NCBI GenBank assembly: GCA_963768175.1
Contig: CAVYGQ010000001.1
Span: 318,305-382,304, forward strand
Reading direction: 5' to 3'
DNA length: 64,000 nucleotides
Source of the DNA: Candidatus Doudnabacteria bacterium
Lineage (GTDB): Bacteria > Patescibacteriota > Doudnabacteria > UBA920
Positions 27,700-37,534 of this stretch are shown piece by piece. Both the position numbers and the translations under genes were made by a program. Each line of letters starts with the position of its first letter. Position 1 is the first letter of the stretch. The notes under the pieces were generated by a model, which searched no databases, was not told the DNA's origin, and worked only from the letters and a program-made list of their open reading frames with translations.

Positions 27700-28143
27700 T
27701 TATCCAATTTGCTCGGTATGAATTTCCGGCAAACCCTCATCCCCATGGCCTATGATTTCCACAAAAACCGTCTTGACTTCCAAATCCGGATGCTTAGTTA
27801 ATATTGCGAGTCGGGCAGAATATAAAGAATCGACGATAACTTTTTTCTCGGCAGTCGGGTCTTTAGGCGCGCCTTTTAAGGCAAAGCCGCCGCAGTTGCT
27901 GTGGCCGACGATAATAACTTGGCTAATACCATGCACCTTTAACGAAACATTTTGCAAAAGCCACCAAAAACTATCGGGGTCATACGGCTGATGAGGCTCG
28001 GTCATCCACAAAGACGGCCCGGCGTAAGTTAAAACTTCGTATTCGCCCGATGTTAAGCTAACTTTTTGGGCAATTTTTATTTCATTTTCCCCCTGAAGCC
28101 GGGGATCCATACAGTTAATTAGGAGCGCGCGATAGGTATGCAT
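27700..28143 (-). CDS. Beta-carbonic-anhydrase-like protein
   Basis: CMDPR and HSNCG zinc-ligand motifs. Confidence 0.85.
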   Translation of the reverse strand: MHTYRALLINCMDPRLQGENEIKIAQKVSLTSGEYEVLTYAGPSLWMTEPHQPYDPDSFWWLLQNVSLKVHGISQVIIVGHSNCGGFALKGAPKDPTAEKKVIVDSLYSARLAILTKHPDLEVKTVFVEIIGHGDEGLPEIHTEQIG

Positions 28144-28197
28144 CTTTTTTGAAATCTAATCACTTAGCACTAAGCACTAAGCACTAACAACTTCCCC

Positions 28198-29478
28198 TTA
28201 CGTTCCTTCCTGCCAACTCGCCAAATACTTTTTTTGCGCAGGGGTTAAAACGTCAATTTTAACCCCAATTGATTTCAGCTTTAATTTGGAAACACGCTCA
28301 TCAATTTCGGCAGGTACATCATAAACTTGATTTTGAAGCTCCTGATAATGTTTAACCAGCCAGTCACAAGTTAGCGCTTGGTCGGCAAACGACATATCCA
28401 TAACGGCGGAAGGATGCCCTTCGGCCGCGGCCAGGTTCATGAGGCGGCCTTCAGCGATGAGGAAAAGTTTGCGCCCGTCTTTCATAGTATACTCCATCAA
28501 GCTATCCCTGACCTGCTTCATGCTTTTTGCTTCATGCTTCATGTCCTTCACATTTATTTCCACGTTAAAATGCCCGCTGTTGCCCAAAATCGCCCCATCT
28601 TTCATCAATTTAAAATGTTGCTTGGTAAGAACGTCTTTATCTCCGGTAGCGGTCAAAAATATATCGCCAATTTTTGCCGCCTTGGGCATTGGCATAACAT
28701 CAAAACCGTCCATGGCGGCCTGAAGCGCCGGCAGGGGATCTACCTCTGTGACAATCACGCGCGCGCCCAAACCCTTAGCCCTAAGTGCCATGCCCTTGCC
28801 GCAGTAACCGTAGCCGGCCACAACCAAAATTTTTCCGGCCAAAAGGATGTTGGTGGCGCGGAGCAAACCGTCCATAGTGCTCTGGCCGGTGCCATAATAA
28901 TTATCAAACATGTGCTTGGTCGGGGTGTCGTTTATGGCCACAACCGGATATTTTAACGCGCCGTCTTTGGCCATGGCCTTTAGCCGGATTATGCCGGTAG
29001 TGGTTTCTTCCTGGCCGGCCCAGACGGTTTTTAAAAGCTCGCTTCGTCCGGAATGGATAAGCGATATCAAGTCCGCGCCGTCGTCTATGGTAATCTGCGG
29101 TTTAAAATCCAAAACTTTATTTAGCGCCCAATAATAATCTTTCTTGGAAATATGCTTCCAGGCAAAAACGTTAATGTTCAGCTCCGCCAAAGCCGCGGCT
29201 ACGTCATCCTGCGTAGACAGGGGATTAGAGGCGCACAAGGCCATTTTTGCCCCGCCCGCCGCCAAAGCCTTCATTAGCACCGCGGTCTCTTTGGTCACGT
29301 GGAGACACGCCGCTATGGTTATGCCTTCAAAAGGCCGCCGCTTTTTTCCGCCAGAGGCGGATCCGCCTTTGGCGGAGAAATCTTCCGCGATAATCCGCAA
29401 AACCGGCATTTCCCGCTCGGCCAAAGCAATATTAATATGCCCTTGCTTGGCCAGTTTAATGTCTTTTACTTTGTGCAT
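28198..29478 (-). CDS. ahcY: Adenosylhomocysteinase with a 10-aa palindrome-encoded insertion
   Basis: CLHVT.ET, SNPLSTQD, EETTTG, GYGYCGKG, GHPSAVMDMSF. Confidence 0.97.
   Translation of the reverse strand: MHKVKDIKLAKQGHINIALAEREMPVLRIIAEDFSAKGGSASGGKKRRPFEGITIAACLHVTKETAVLMKALAAGGAKMALCASNPLSTQDDVAAALAELNINVFAWKHISKKDYYWALNKVLDFKPQITIDDGADLISLIHSGRSELLKTVWAGQEETTTGIIRLKAMAKDGALKYPVVAINDTPTKHMFDNYYGTGQSTMDGLLRATNILLAGKILVVAGYGYCGKGMALRAKGLGARVIVTEVDPLPALQAAMDGFDVMPMPKAAKIGDIFLTATGDKDVLTKQHFKLMKDGAILGNSGHFNVEINVKDMKHEAKSMKQVRDSLMEYTMKDGRKLFLIAEGRLMNLAAAEGHPSAVMDMSFADQALTCDWLVKHYQELQNQVYDVPAEIDERVSKLKLKSIGVKIDVLTPAQKKYLASWQEGT
29347..29376. repeat. 30-bp in-frame palindrome family (CCGCC..AGGCGGA.CCGCCT..GGCGG); other copies at 50891-50920 and 62349-62378
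   Basis: Encodes SAKGGSASGG / PAGGGSAFGG / SAGGGSAFGG in three unrelated proteins. Confidence 0.92.
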
Positions 29479-29645
29479 CTTGTGGTTGATTATTTTTAAG
29501 CTTTAAAAAGTATAGCAAATAATGGCCACCATTGCGAATGCAGATTGGGCTCGCAGCCCAAGGATGCCCCTCGGACAAAGGAATCTCCGGCCGAGGGGCA
29601 TCCTTGGTTGAACAACGCTGGTAAAAAATCCCGGATGACGAAACG

Positions 29646-30125
29646 CTACCGTCCCAACTTCCTGGTCAAATAATTATATTCGTGCCAAATTACAATTACG
29701 AACAGGGCGTCAAAAATGGTAAGCAGGGACAGTAAAAGGGAATGGTTTACGGCAATCCTAAAAATTTGATAGAGCATAAACGAACACAACACGCCGATGG
29801 CAACCAAATAAGCCCAAGTTTTTTCTTTGACCAGTCCCAAAACCAAAAGCAGGTTAATAATTCCGTGGGCTAAAATGTAAAGGCCGGCAAAATTTTTGAT
29901 TCCCACCGTTAAGTGGTTAAGATACTGGTGCGCGTAAACAAGGAAAAAATCCCGCGGGTCTTCCAGTTGCTCACCGCGGGAAAGCCGGCTTAAAATTCCC
30001 GTTAAAACCGCCGGGCTTAAATACACGAGCAAAAAACCGCTGGCCGTTTCCACCAAGCCGGTTAAGGTTTTTATGCAAATACTGATGATAAAAAATTCGT
30101 GCCAGTATTTTTCTTTGAGCTTCAT
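29646..30125 (-). CDS. DUF2127-like membrane protein
   Basis: K...G..E..SG, HG.IN, WAY, YQI.R, WHEY. Confidence 0.8.
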   Translation of the reverse strand: MKLKEKYWHEFFIISICIKTLTGLVETASGFLLVYLSPAVLTGILSRLSRGEQLEDPRDFFLVYAHQYLNHLTVGIKNFAGLYILAHGIINLLLVLGLVKEKTWAYLVAIGVLCSFMLYQIFRIAVNHSLLLSLLTIFDALFVIVIWHEYNYLTRKLGR

Positions 30126-30327
30126 ATATTCTTAAACGCACTTGAGGACAGTCCTCTGGACGTCCAGAGGACTGTCCTCGCTTGATGTTCACTAACACCA
30201 ATTATATCAAAAAAACTTCTTATTTAAAAGCCTTTTAAAACCGATTTTAGCCCTAACATAAGCCGGAAAAAAACTGAAACAATCTTTTGAACAATTACGT
30301 ATTAATTTATACAAGGAGCTAGTTGAT

Positions 30328-31302
30328 ATGAAATTTAAACCAAATATTTTAAATTTCCCCTTAACTTTGGGTTTAATACTGGCGACAGCGTTAACACTCG
30401 GGCAAAATACGGCTTTAGCCCAAACCGCACAAGCCACCGCTCCCAATTCCGGAGCGGGAGCAAACTCTTCCTATAACTGGGCCGGTTATGTTGCCACGGG
30501 AGGCAGCTTTACTTCTGTTACCGGCAGCTGGGTAATTCCGCAAATTCCCGCAACTTCCGGCCTTACGGGCGACGCAACTTGGATTGGCATTGGCGGGGTA
30601 ACCAGCACCGAGTTAATCCAAACCGGCACCCAGGCCTTGACTAATACCAACGGCTCGGCTGTTAGTTACGAAGCCTGGTACGAAGCTTTGCCCGGATATT
30701 CCCAACCCATATCCATTACGGTTAATCCCGGAGACTTAATTACGGCAAGCGTAACCGAACAAGCCCAAAACCAGTGGGCCATTACGTTACGCGATAACAC
30801 CAACGGCCAAAACTTCCAAACCGTCATCCCTTACAATTCTTCCATGTCGAGTGCCGAATGGATAGAAGAAATGCCCAGCCAACAAAGCGGCGCTTTTATC
30901 CCATTGGATAATTTCGGCACAATGCAGTTTAGCGCCGGCACCACGGTAAAAAACGGCCAAACATTAACCATCGCCCAGGCGGGCGCTCAACCTATGACTA
31001 TGGTTAACTCCTCCCAGCAAGCCTTGGCTACGCCATCGGCGCTAGGCTCTGACGGCGCAAGCTTTAGCGTTTCGCGCGGCAGCACCGCCGCCACTTCGCC
31101 CAATACCGTTCCTTACGGCAGCCGCGGATGGACAAGGACAGGTGTAGGGATACGGGGTTTTGGAGGATTTTCAACAAGGCCGCAAAGCCTTAGACGGTCT
31201 TATTACAATCATTTTTTAAGACTTAGAACCAGGATGTTTACCCCGTTAAAGAATACCGCCAACAAAGTTGGTGGCATAGAAAAGATTTTTTGGAACCGAT
31301 GA
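30328..31302 (+). CDS. Secreted G1 family glutamic peptidase
   Basis: Signal peptide, SSYNWAGY, WIGIGG, LIQTGT, SAEWIEE. Confidence 0.92.
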   Translation: MKFKPNILNFPLTLGLILATALTLGQNTALAQTAQATAPNSGAGANSSYNWAGYVATGGSFTSVTGSWVIPQIPATSGLTGDATWIGIGGVTSTELIQTGTQALTNTNGSAVSYEAWYEALPGYSQPISITVNPGDLITASVTEQAQNQWAITLRDNTNGQNFQTVIPYNSSMSSAEWIEEMPSQQSGAFIPLDNFGTMQFSAGTTVKNGQTLTIAQAGAQPMTMVNSSQQALATPSALGSDGASFSVSRGSTAATSPNTVPYGSRGWTRTGVGIRGFGGFSTRPQSLRRSYYNHFLRLRTRMFTPLKNTANKVGGIEKIFWNR

Positions 31303-31370
31303 TGGTTTTAATGCCGCCATCGGTTCTCTAACGAGGTTTACCCGCGAATCTTTTAAAAAATAATTAATAA

Positions 31371-31576
31371 CAGGACTTACGCATTGAGCCAAGTTCGAGG
31401 CATTTTCCGAGGATTTTATGAGACGTACTTTAGGTACGACGAATAAAACCGCAGGAAAATAACGAAGAAATTGGCCAAAGCCGCTTTGAGGGTCGGGCTC
31501 AAAAGCGATGACTTTTGGCTCCGCCAAAAGGCAAGCTCGTTCTGCCCGCCCAAAAAGCGGCGGTGCGGAAGTCCTG
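31371..31576. mobile_element. MITE-like element with 13-bp terminal inverted repeats
   Basis: caggacttacgca / tgcggaagtcctg (12/13). Confidence 0.55.
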
Positions 31577-31867
31577 AATAAGATAATTAATCCCTTTGCG
31601 TTGGAGCAAGGGGGCTAGGAGGGGGTGCGAGAGCAAGCAGTCTTGTTCCCACTCCTCCTAACCTCCTCGCTCCAGCCAAAATTAGAGTGAGGATAAATCT
31701 GCAAGGGTGGCCAAAATCACCCAAATTTTTGTTTCTCACAAAAACCCCGCCTTCCGCAATGGCGGGGTTTTTGTACAGATTTTAAAACGCCTACCCTAAC
31801 GTACATTTGTTTGGTATAATAAAAGCGAAAGAATATATTTAAAACAAAGATTAATCAATTATTTATT

Positions 31868-33061
31868 ATGGGATATATACTAAAAGTTCCCATGAGCACA
31901 AAGGCTTTAGCCACTTTGGCCTGTTTTGGCATTTTAGCGGTTGCCGCTATATTTGCCCCTCGCGTTTCTGCTTTAACCATGTCCGATATTTTAAATCAGC
32001 CGAAGATTTTAGGGGATACTACATCAAACCCATATCCTTACCCCACCGCCAGTCTGGTCAACGACAACGGGACGATTTATTTTATCAGCGGTACCACAAA
32101 AATCCCTTTTACCAATTACAAAGCTTTTACCGGACTGGGTTATTCTTTGCGCAATGTGGTAAAAGGAGATTTAAGCAGCTACAACCCGTCGCAAAGTTAT
32201 GCAATTAATACCGCTAACGCCGCCCATCCCTGGGGGAGCTGGATAAGTTACAACAAAGTGGTTTATTATTCCGCCCAAACCGGAATGATTGGCGTACCCA
32301 GCGCCGAAGTATTTTTGTCCAACGGCGGCGAATGGAACCTGGTGGTTAAAGCCAATAAGTACGACCTTGCCCTTTTAAAAACCGGCGGGGCGCCGGCTGT
32401 GTTAACCGATAACGACCCGCGGGTTGCCGGCCAACCAACCCTACGATTTAACGGCTCCACCCCTTCCCAAAATAATCCTGCGAATTTGAGTTCCGGCTCC
32501 GGCGGTTCTTCCGCAAACAATACAGTCCCCACGAGTACGCTGTCGGTTATTATCCCTCAAAATATTTACGCCAGCTCTACGGCGACTTTTAACGTAACCT
32601 CCGCAGACCCTAACTTGCCTTTGATCTATACTTTTGCCTGGGACGACGGCTCGCCCAGCAATTCGGTTACGGCAAATTCCGTAGTCCATACCTACTATCT
32701 TCCCGGTTTGTATTATCTTTCGCTGACACAAACCGACTTCCAAAATAATACGGTCGCAACCACTATCCCGCTGACCGTTCTTTTACCTCCCAACCAAACT
32801 CCTTCGGTACCGCAGTTTAGCCTGCCTACCGGCATAATTATTGGGCAGCAAGTCACTGTTAACGCCAGCGCCTACGATCCGCAAAGCCTGCCTATAAATT
32901 ATACTTTTTCCTGGGGGGACGGCTCTCCCGACACAACAGCCCCGGCCAATTACGCCACTCACGTTTACAGCACTTCCGATAATTTCACGGTAACAGTTAC
33001 GGTTACCAACAGCCTGGGTTTTTCCAGCTCGGCCTCTAATTACATTTACATCGCGCCGTAA
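31868..33061 (+). CDS. Secreted surface protein with two PKD domains
   Basis: Signal peptide; YTFAWDDGS..H.Y and YTFSWGDGS..HVY. Confidence 0.88.
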   Translation: MGYILKVPMSTKALATLACFGILAVAAIFAPRVSALTMSDILNQPKILGDTTSNPYPYPTASLVNDNGTIYFISGTTKIPFTNYKAFTGLGYSLRNVVKGDLSSYNPSQSYAINTANAAHPWGSWISYNKVVYYSAQTGMIGVPSAEVFLSNGGEWNLVVKANKYDLALLKTGGAPAVLTDNDPRVAGQPTLRFNGSTPSQNNPANLSSGSGGSSANNTVPTSTLSVIIPQNIYASSTATFNVTSADPNLPLIYTFAWDDGSPSNSVTANSVVHTYYLPGLYYLSLTQTDFQNNTVATTIPLTVLLPPNQTPSVPQFSLPTGIIIGQQVTVNASAYDPQSLPINYTFSWGDGSPDTTAPANYATHVYSTSDNFTVTVTVTNSLGFSSSASNYIYIAP

Positions 33062-33145
33062 CAAACCAAGCTTTACGCGGCATTATCCATACAAAAAATC
33101 CCTCTAGCGAGGGATTTTTTAGCAGTTCCACTTAGCAAAAATTGT

Positions 33146-33772
33146 TTAATACTTTGGGGCGTTTGGATTTAAACAATCATTAACACTAAAAGTGCCGGGG
33201 GAAAAAGTATATAACGACCAACCTTGATAAACACCTTTTAAAATTATATGATACGCTGCGTTAGGAGGGATATCACTTCCTACCGTCCAGGGGTAATTGC
33301 CTTTGCCATCATTCTTTGGGGATTTATACGAGGCGGGGAATGTCCCAAGATTGTAAATTGGCGGTTGGTCATCGGCGGTTACAACATCTAAGCTTAAGGA
33401 AAGCATGTCTGAAGGAACCTGCCACTTAATGTCAACCGGCTGGCCAATGCACAATTTTGCGCCGTTTAGGGGTGTTAGTAAATGAATTTTGGCGTTTAAA
33501 TCCAAACCCTGCTGCCTAATTGCATCTGCTTCCGATTGAGCCGAAGAGCTTGGATTTGATACTGTTGAACTGCTATTGTTTGTTTGGTTTGGTTGGGCTT
33601 CCGGTACTGTTGGGCTCGCCGGTGCTGGAGCGCTGGCTTGAGGCTGAATTTGGGAAGCCGGAGCTGAGTTTGTATTTGGAGCAACCGGAGTTTGATAACC
33701 GGCCTGCTGGAGCGAACTGCATCCGGCGGCTAATAAGACGATGATTGGGAAAGCACAAAATATTTTTTTCAT
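33146..33772 (-). CDS. Lipoprotein with Ser/Pro/Gln linker and Ig-like C-terminal domain
   Basis: LLAAGC lipobox; PLNG...G..VDIKW..G.Y.W.V. Confidence 0.8.
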   Translation of the reverse strand: MKKIFCAFPIIVLLAAGCSSLQQAGYQTPVAPNTNSAPASQIQPQASAPAPASPTVPEAQPNQTNNSSSTVSNPSSSAQSEADAIRQQGLDLNAKIHLLTPLNGAKLCIGQPVDIKWQVPSDMLSLSLDVVTADDQPPIYNLGTFPASYKSPKNDGKGNYPWTVGSDIPPNAAYHIILKGVYQGWSLYTFSPGTFSVNDCLNPNAPKY

Positions 33773-33995
33773 AAATCATTGTTAATTAAGGCCATTATAC
33801 TTCTTTTTACCGCACCTTACAACCCGCTATAGTTTTAGCTCTATTTCCACGAATATTTACAAAAAATCGCCCACAAATGTGGACGATTTTTGCATACCCA
33901 TTTTTATGATTTAAAATTTTCATTCATTTGCTTAAAATAAGTATTTAATATAAAATTAACTTGTAGTTAATCCAAACAGGAGGATTTAGCTTTAC

Positions 33996-34409
33996 ATGAC
34001 CGACCCCACTCAGAGGCCGATTTTTGTTTTAACGCTAATGGACTTGCAAGATTATTACCAGTTCAAGCATTGCTTGAAGAGTAAACGCTTCCAGGTGCTG
34101 AACTTGACGGAACAAGTCGCTTTGGAGTATTTACGGACACACCACGTATCTGTGGTAATCTATGACAACGACCGCTACCACCATCACTGGCGTAGATTTT
34201 TCGCACAAACCCGGACGATCAATAACATGCCCCCAAAAATAATCGTGGCTTCCCGCCACGCCGATGAGCGGTTTTGGACAGAAGTCCTGAATGTGGGAGG
34301 CCCTGACATGGACGTTTTGGCCATACCTTTCCACAAAGACGAACTGTTCATTATTGCATCGATGGACCACCATTGGCGGCATCCGGGCGGACACCCAAAA
34401 CAGAAATAA
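33996..34409 (+). CDS. Divergent response-regulator receiver-like protein
   Basis: AGGAGG SD; VVIYD, IIVASR.ADERFW.EVLN.G..DVLA.PF. Confidence 0.65.
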   Translation: MTDPTQRPIFVLTLMDLQDYYQFKHCLKSKRFQVLNLTEQVALEYLRTHHVSVVIYDNDRYHHHWRRFFAQTRTINNMPPKIIVASRHADERFWTEVLNVGGPDMDVLAIPFHKDELFIIASMDHHWRHPGGHPKQK

Positions 34410-34660
34410 GGGTTGGCGCGATGCGGCTTGGGAAGAACGATTGAGAACATCAATCTGACCCGGCCGCTTTGTTTTTGGCCAAAATTAGTAACCTTTACCC
34501 GAAACATCGGGTGTTTTTGTCTGGCAGCCCCTGTGGGATGCCGTTCAAACGGAATTAGTTAAAATGGCAGGACGTTGTTAGGGATATTAGAACTTTGATT
34601 AGGCAACGCAAAATCCGAGAACTTTACCGCTCTCGGATTTTTTAAACACCCTTTTATCTT

Positions 34661-34915
34661 TTACTCCACACCCGTATTACTATCTGTTTCCATGGCGCTG
34701 CTAATTTCCTCGGCAAGCTGCACTGGGTCTGTGGTTTCATCGTAACTGATATTATTATCGTCCGCCAGTTCGTGTAAACGCTCGATGGATTCCGAGGTAC
34801 CGGCTTGGGCCAGTTTTATCAATTGCTCGTAGCCTACCTGCCCATGATCGCCGAGCCAATTATACGCATGGCCTATTGGTTCTTGGTCGGAAGGGTTTTG
34901 GTTCAAGCCAGACAT
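34661..34915 (-). CDS. Small acidic hypothetical protein
   Basis: 84-aa ORF. Confidence 0.6.
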   Translation of the reverse strand: MSGLNQNPSDQEPIGHAYNWLGDHGQVGYEQLIKLAQAGTSESIERLHELADDNNISYDETTDPVQLAEEISSAMETDSNTGVE

Positions 34916-35014
34916 AAAATTGTTTTTAATTTAAGCTGATTAGCTCAAACGTGGCTTATGTATTCTTTGGCAGCGGTTATGGGATAGCGTTCAAGCGGAA
35001 ATTTTCAAAATATA

Positions 35015-35533
35015 TTAACTTTTATCTCCAATTTTAGCAGTATTTTGGCTTTCTAGGCCGCCTAAAATTTGTTGTTTAAGCTCTTGCATGTCATAGTTTT
35101 CCTTTGGTTTTATATGCAAAATGTTTAAATCGGAGGCTTTTACGGCTTCATTTACGAAACTATCTCTTTGCCTTCGTTCAGGCTGATTATGGCTAGGGTC
35201 ATCTAGTTCAATAGCCAGTAGAGCATTTAAATTTTGTTTATCAAAGATTACAAAATCAAAAGATTTCCTGATGATTTTATTAAACCAAGCCATAAAGTTT
35301 GGCTGTCCCTTTATGACTTCTAGAACGCTGGCTATATGGACTTGGGGAAAGACAAAATATTGGTCATTAACGATTTGCAGCAATACCTCAAAAAAGGCTC
35401 TCTCATTAGGAGTAAGGAAATACTTTTTCTTTTGATAAGGATAAATTTCTTTCTTCTTAGATAAGTTACTCAAAATAACGACCACGATTGCGATTACTAC
35501 TAGGATGACCGCAAAGATATACAGTTTAGACAT
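35015..35533 (-). CDS. DUF2726 family membrane-anchored nuclease-fold protein
   Basis: LTPNE..FF, FPQV, FDFVI, IELDD.SH, RD. Confidence 0.9.
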   Translation of the reverse strand: MSKLYIFAVILVVIAIVVVILSNLSKKKEIYPYQKKKYFLTPNERAFFEVLLQIVNDQYFVFPQVHIASVLEVIKGQPNFMAWFNKIIRKSFDFVIFDKQNLNALLAIELDDPSHNQPERRQRDSFVNEAVKASDLNILHIKPKENYDMQELKQQILGGLESQNTAKIGDKS

Positions 35534-35543
35534 TATATTTTAT

Positions 35544-36179
35544 TTAATTATTATTGAAGGATGTTAAATTTCTGACGTCTTGGTTGTGTATTTTAAGAGC
35601 TTCTTTATCTTGGATATTGGCATTTACCAGAATCTCATATATCTTGTCTCGGTCAGAGTCGGAGAGCACTGGAACAGTAAACTCTTCTATTTTATCAAGC
35701 ATATCTTCAGCATATCCTACGGAATCTGTCCCAGAAATTTCAAGTTTACCTGCGGATGGAAATACCACAAAGGAGGAAATAGGAACTTTGGGATATAAAG
35801 GACTAACTAAAGCCTCTATAGCTTTGGTGTGGGCATAATTTTGTCGTAATGGGTTATAAAACCTTTGTCTATAGTTATATATGACTTGAGTCCAATATTG
35901 CTGATGGGCACCGCCGAAAATCCACCCTTCGTAGTCTTTTGTCTCAATACAAAAAATACCATAATTTGAAATAACAACGTGGTCAATCTGCGTGGTATCT
36001 GTGTTTCCCAGAGATGGCAAAAGTAGATTATTTAAAACCTTATAATGTACAGGGTCTAATTGTAATAGGTCATTTGCTACAAACTCTTCGCCCATTCTGC
36101 CTTTCCAGACTGGATATTTTATTTTAACCCAAATTGCTATTACAAATATTACAATAGCAATAAAAAATAAAAAGCCCAT
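35544..36179 (-). CDS. NERD (nuclease-related domain) protein
   Basis: G..GE, TTQIDH, IETK, NPLRQN. Confidence 0.92.
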   Translation of the reverse strand: MGFLFFIAIVIFVIAIWVKIKYPVWKGRMGEEFVANDLLQLDPVHYKVLNNLLLPSLGNTDTTQIDHVVISNYGIFCIETKDYEGWIFGGAHQQYWTQVIYNYRQRFYNPLRQNYAHTKAIEALVSPLYPKVPISSFVVFPSAGKLEISGTDSVGYAEDMLDKIEEFTVPVLSDSDRDKIYEILVNANIQDKEALKIHNQDVRNLTSFNNN

Positions 36180-36331
36180 ATAAAAATTTATTTATTAGAA
36201 ATTGTCCTTAAATAATCAACTAATTGGTCATATTGTCCACGCAAAAGAGGTGCTGGTGCCCGGCTCCATAATTAATCGATTCAGCAAAAACCTTAGCATA
36301 CTCCCGGTTTTTAGGTTCCAACTAATTCTGT

Positions 36332-36526
36332 TTACCGTTTTCTAACCTGATTATCAACCCAACCCATTCCTGCTGAAATTATGATAAATATTACCCATAC
36401 TTTCCAGAGGCGGATAAAATACAAATAAACAAGAAATTTTAACACGGGCCAGGTATAAATAGCAACGTTTTTCGTAAATTCCCAATAACTAGGGAGATTC
36501 ACTAACGCCGGTGTTGTTGTAGCCAT
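36332..36526 (-). CDS. Small hydrophobic protein
   Basis: 64-aa ORF with a TM segment. Confidence 0.5.
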   Translation of the reverse strand: MATTTPALVNLPSYWEFTKNVAIYTWPVLKFLVYLYFIRLWKVWVIFIIISAGMGWVDNQVRKR

Positions 36527-36669
36527 TTTCTTATTTTAATTTTCAAAGAGCCGGCACAAGAAACACAAAGCCCCGCGCCAGCAGGTTTTTAAGCCCCAGC
36601 TTTTTTAGAAACGGACTCTAAAATCATTATTTACACCCTAAGAATACGCTTATTCAAAACAAATGTAAA

Positions 36670-36777
36670 CCCCGCACCACGCCTTTACAGGCGTGGTCTT
36701 GGGGAATTACGCTGCGCGTTTTTATAGCATTCAGCCCCATCTTTACAGATGGGGCTTTCTGCGTGGTGCGGGGTAAA
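36670..36777. mobile_element. CCCCG-ended hairpin element (TTYACCCCG...CGGGG family)
   Basis: ccccgcaccacgc / gcgtggtgcgggg-taaa; relatives at 14545-14576, 16779-16814, 37901-38055, 38113-38172, 56579-56638. Confidence 0.75.
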
Positions 36778-36831
36778 TATCTTACTCTTAATAAAACAAA
36801 AACAGCCGCTTTAACGGCTGTCATTACACAA

Positions 36832-37080
36832 TGGCAGGGGGTTGAAGGAGTCGAACCCGCACAATTGTCAATTTTTTATTATCACCCTTTTTGGCAGGGG
36901 ATGAAGGAGTCGAACCTTCGCAATTGGTTTTGGAGACCAATGTACTACCGTTATACGAACCCCCCACCAAAAAGGTTGATTTATTTAAATAGAGTTTTGT
37001 CCCGATGTCCGCTTAGCGGAATCGGGATCCCGACTGAAACGTCGGGAGAGACCACTGTGATACCGTTTCACCAAGCCCCC
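36832..37080 (-). pseudogene. Interrupted, decayed outer tRNA-Trp(CCA) in three pieces (37080-37048, 36999-36991, ~36862-36832)
   Basis: Joined: GGGGGCTTGGTGAAACGGTATCACAGTGGTCTC|CAAAACTCT|..GTGCGGGTTCGACTCCTTCAACCCCCTGCCA. Confidence 0.85.
36892..36965 (-). tRNA. tRNA-Trp(CCA), intact, nested in the outer copy
   Basis: GGGGGGT/ATCCCCT, GTAT/GTAC, TTGGT-CTCCAAA-ACCAA, GAAGG-TTCGACT-CCTTC, GCCA. Confidence 0.95.
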
Positions 37081-37125
37081 AGGGGGAAGGAATATTGAAT
37101 TTAGAATATTGAATATTGACGAACG

Positions 37126-37512
37126 CTAACCTTTTAAAAATTCCTTAGTCTTTTTAATTAATCCCGATAGAAGTTTGCTAACGACAACTATCTGATTGTT
37201 TAACTTACTGAATAATTCGCCTTTTATATAACTTAGGTCTTTTGCTATTATAAGTTGGTTTTCAATTTCGGTCAGCGAACCAAGCGCTACGCAATAAAAC
37301 TGCAGTTTATCTTTGTAAGTATTCCTGCTAAAGCCTTCCGCTATATTTGAAGTCAAAGAGACAGAAGCCCGTCTCAGTTGGGAGATTAATCCAAAAATTT
37401 CTGATTTTGGGAAAGCTTCCGTCTCTTTATATATTAGCAGCACAAGAGCATGCGCTTCTTTCCAGGAATTTAAATCTTTGAACGATTGAATTCTTTTTGG
37501 TTCAATATTCAT
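37126..37512 (-). CDS. Four helix bundle protein (23S rRNA intervening-sequence protein family)
   Basis: FKDL..W, FPKSE.FGL.SQLRRASVS..SNIAEG, A.GSL.E. Confidence 0.95.
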   Translation of the reverse strand: MNIEPKRIQSFKDLNSWKEAHALVLLIYKETEAFPKSEIFGLISQLRRASVSLTSNIAEGFSRNTYKDKLQFYCVALGSLTEIENQLIIAKDLSYIKGELFSKLNNQIVVVSKLLSGLIKKTKEFLKG

Positions 37513-37534
37513 AATTCAAGATTCTAAATTCTTG

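Noticed and set aside
29480-29645. SAH riboswitch upstream of ahcY
   Set aside because: The GAGGAGCGCUGC..AGGCUC core is not present; the hairpin belongs to a repeat family also seen before gltX.
36332-36526. secE, expected after rpmG-tRNA-Trp
   Set aside because: TWP is present, but the E(L/M)xKV motif is missing, the spacing is off, a terminator intervenes and no nusG follows.
36832-36862. attR of a prophage or island at tRNA-Trp
   Set aside because: The matching 5' half lies on the other side of the intact tRNA and no integrase is present; nesting explains it better.
37126-37512. Diversity-generating retroelement via an Avd-like protein
   Set aside because: No reverse transcriptase or TR/VR pair in the window.
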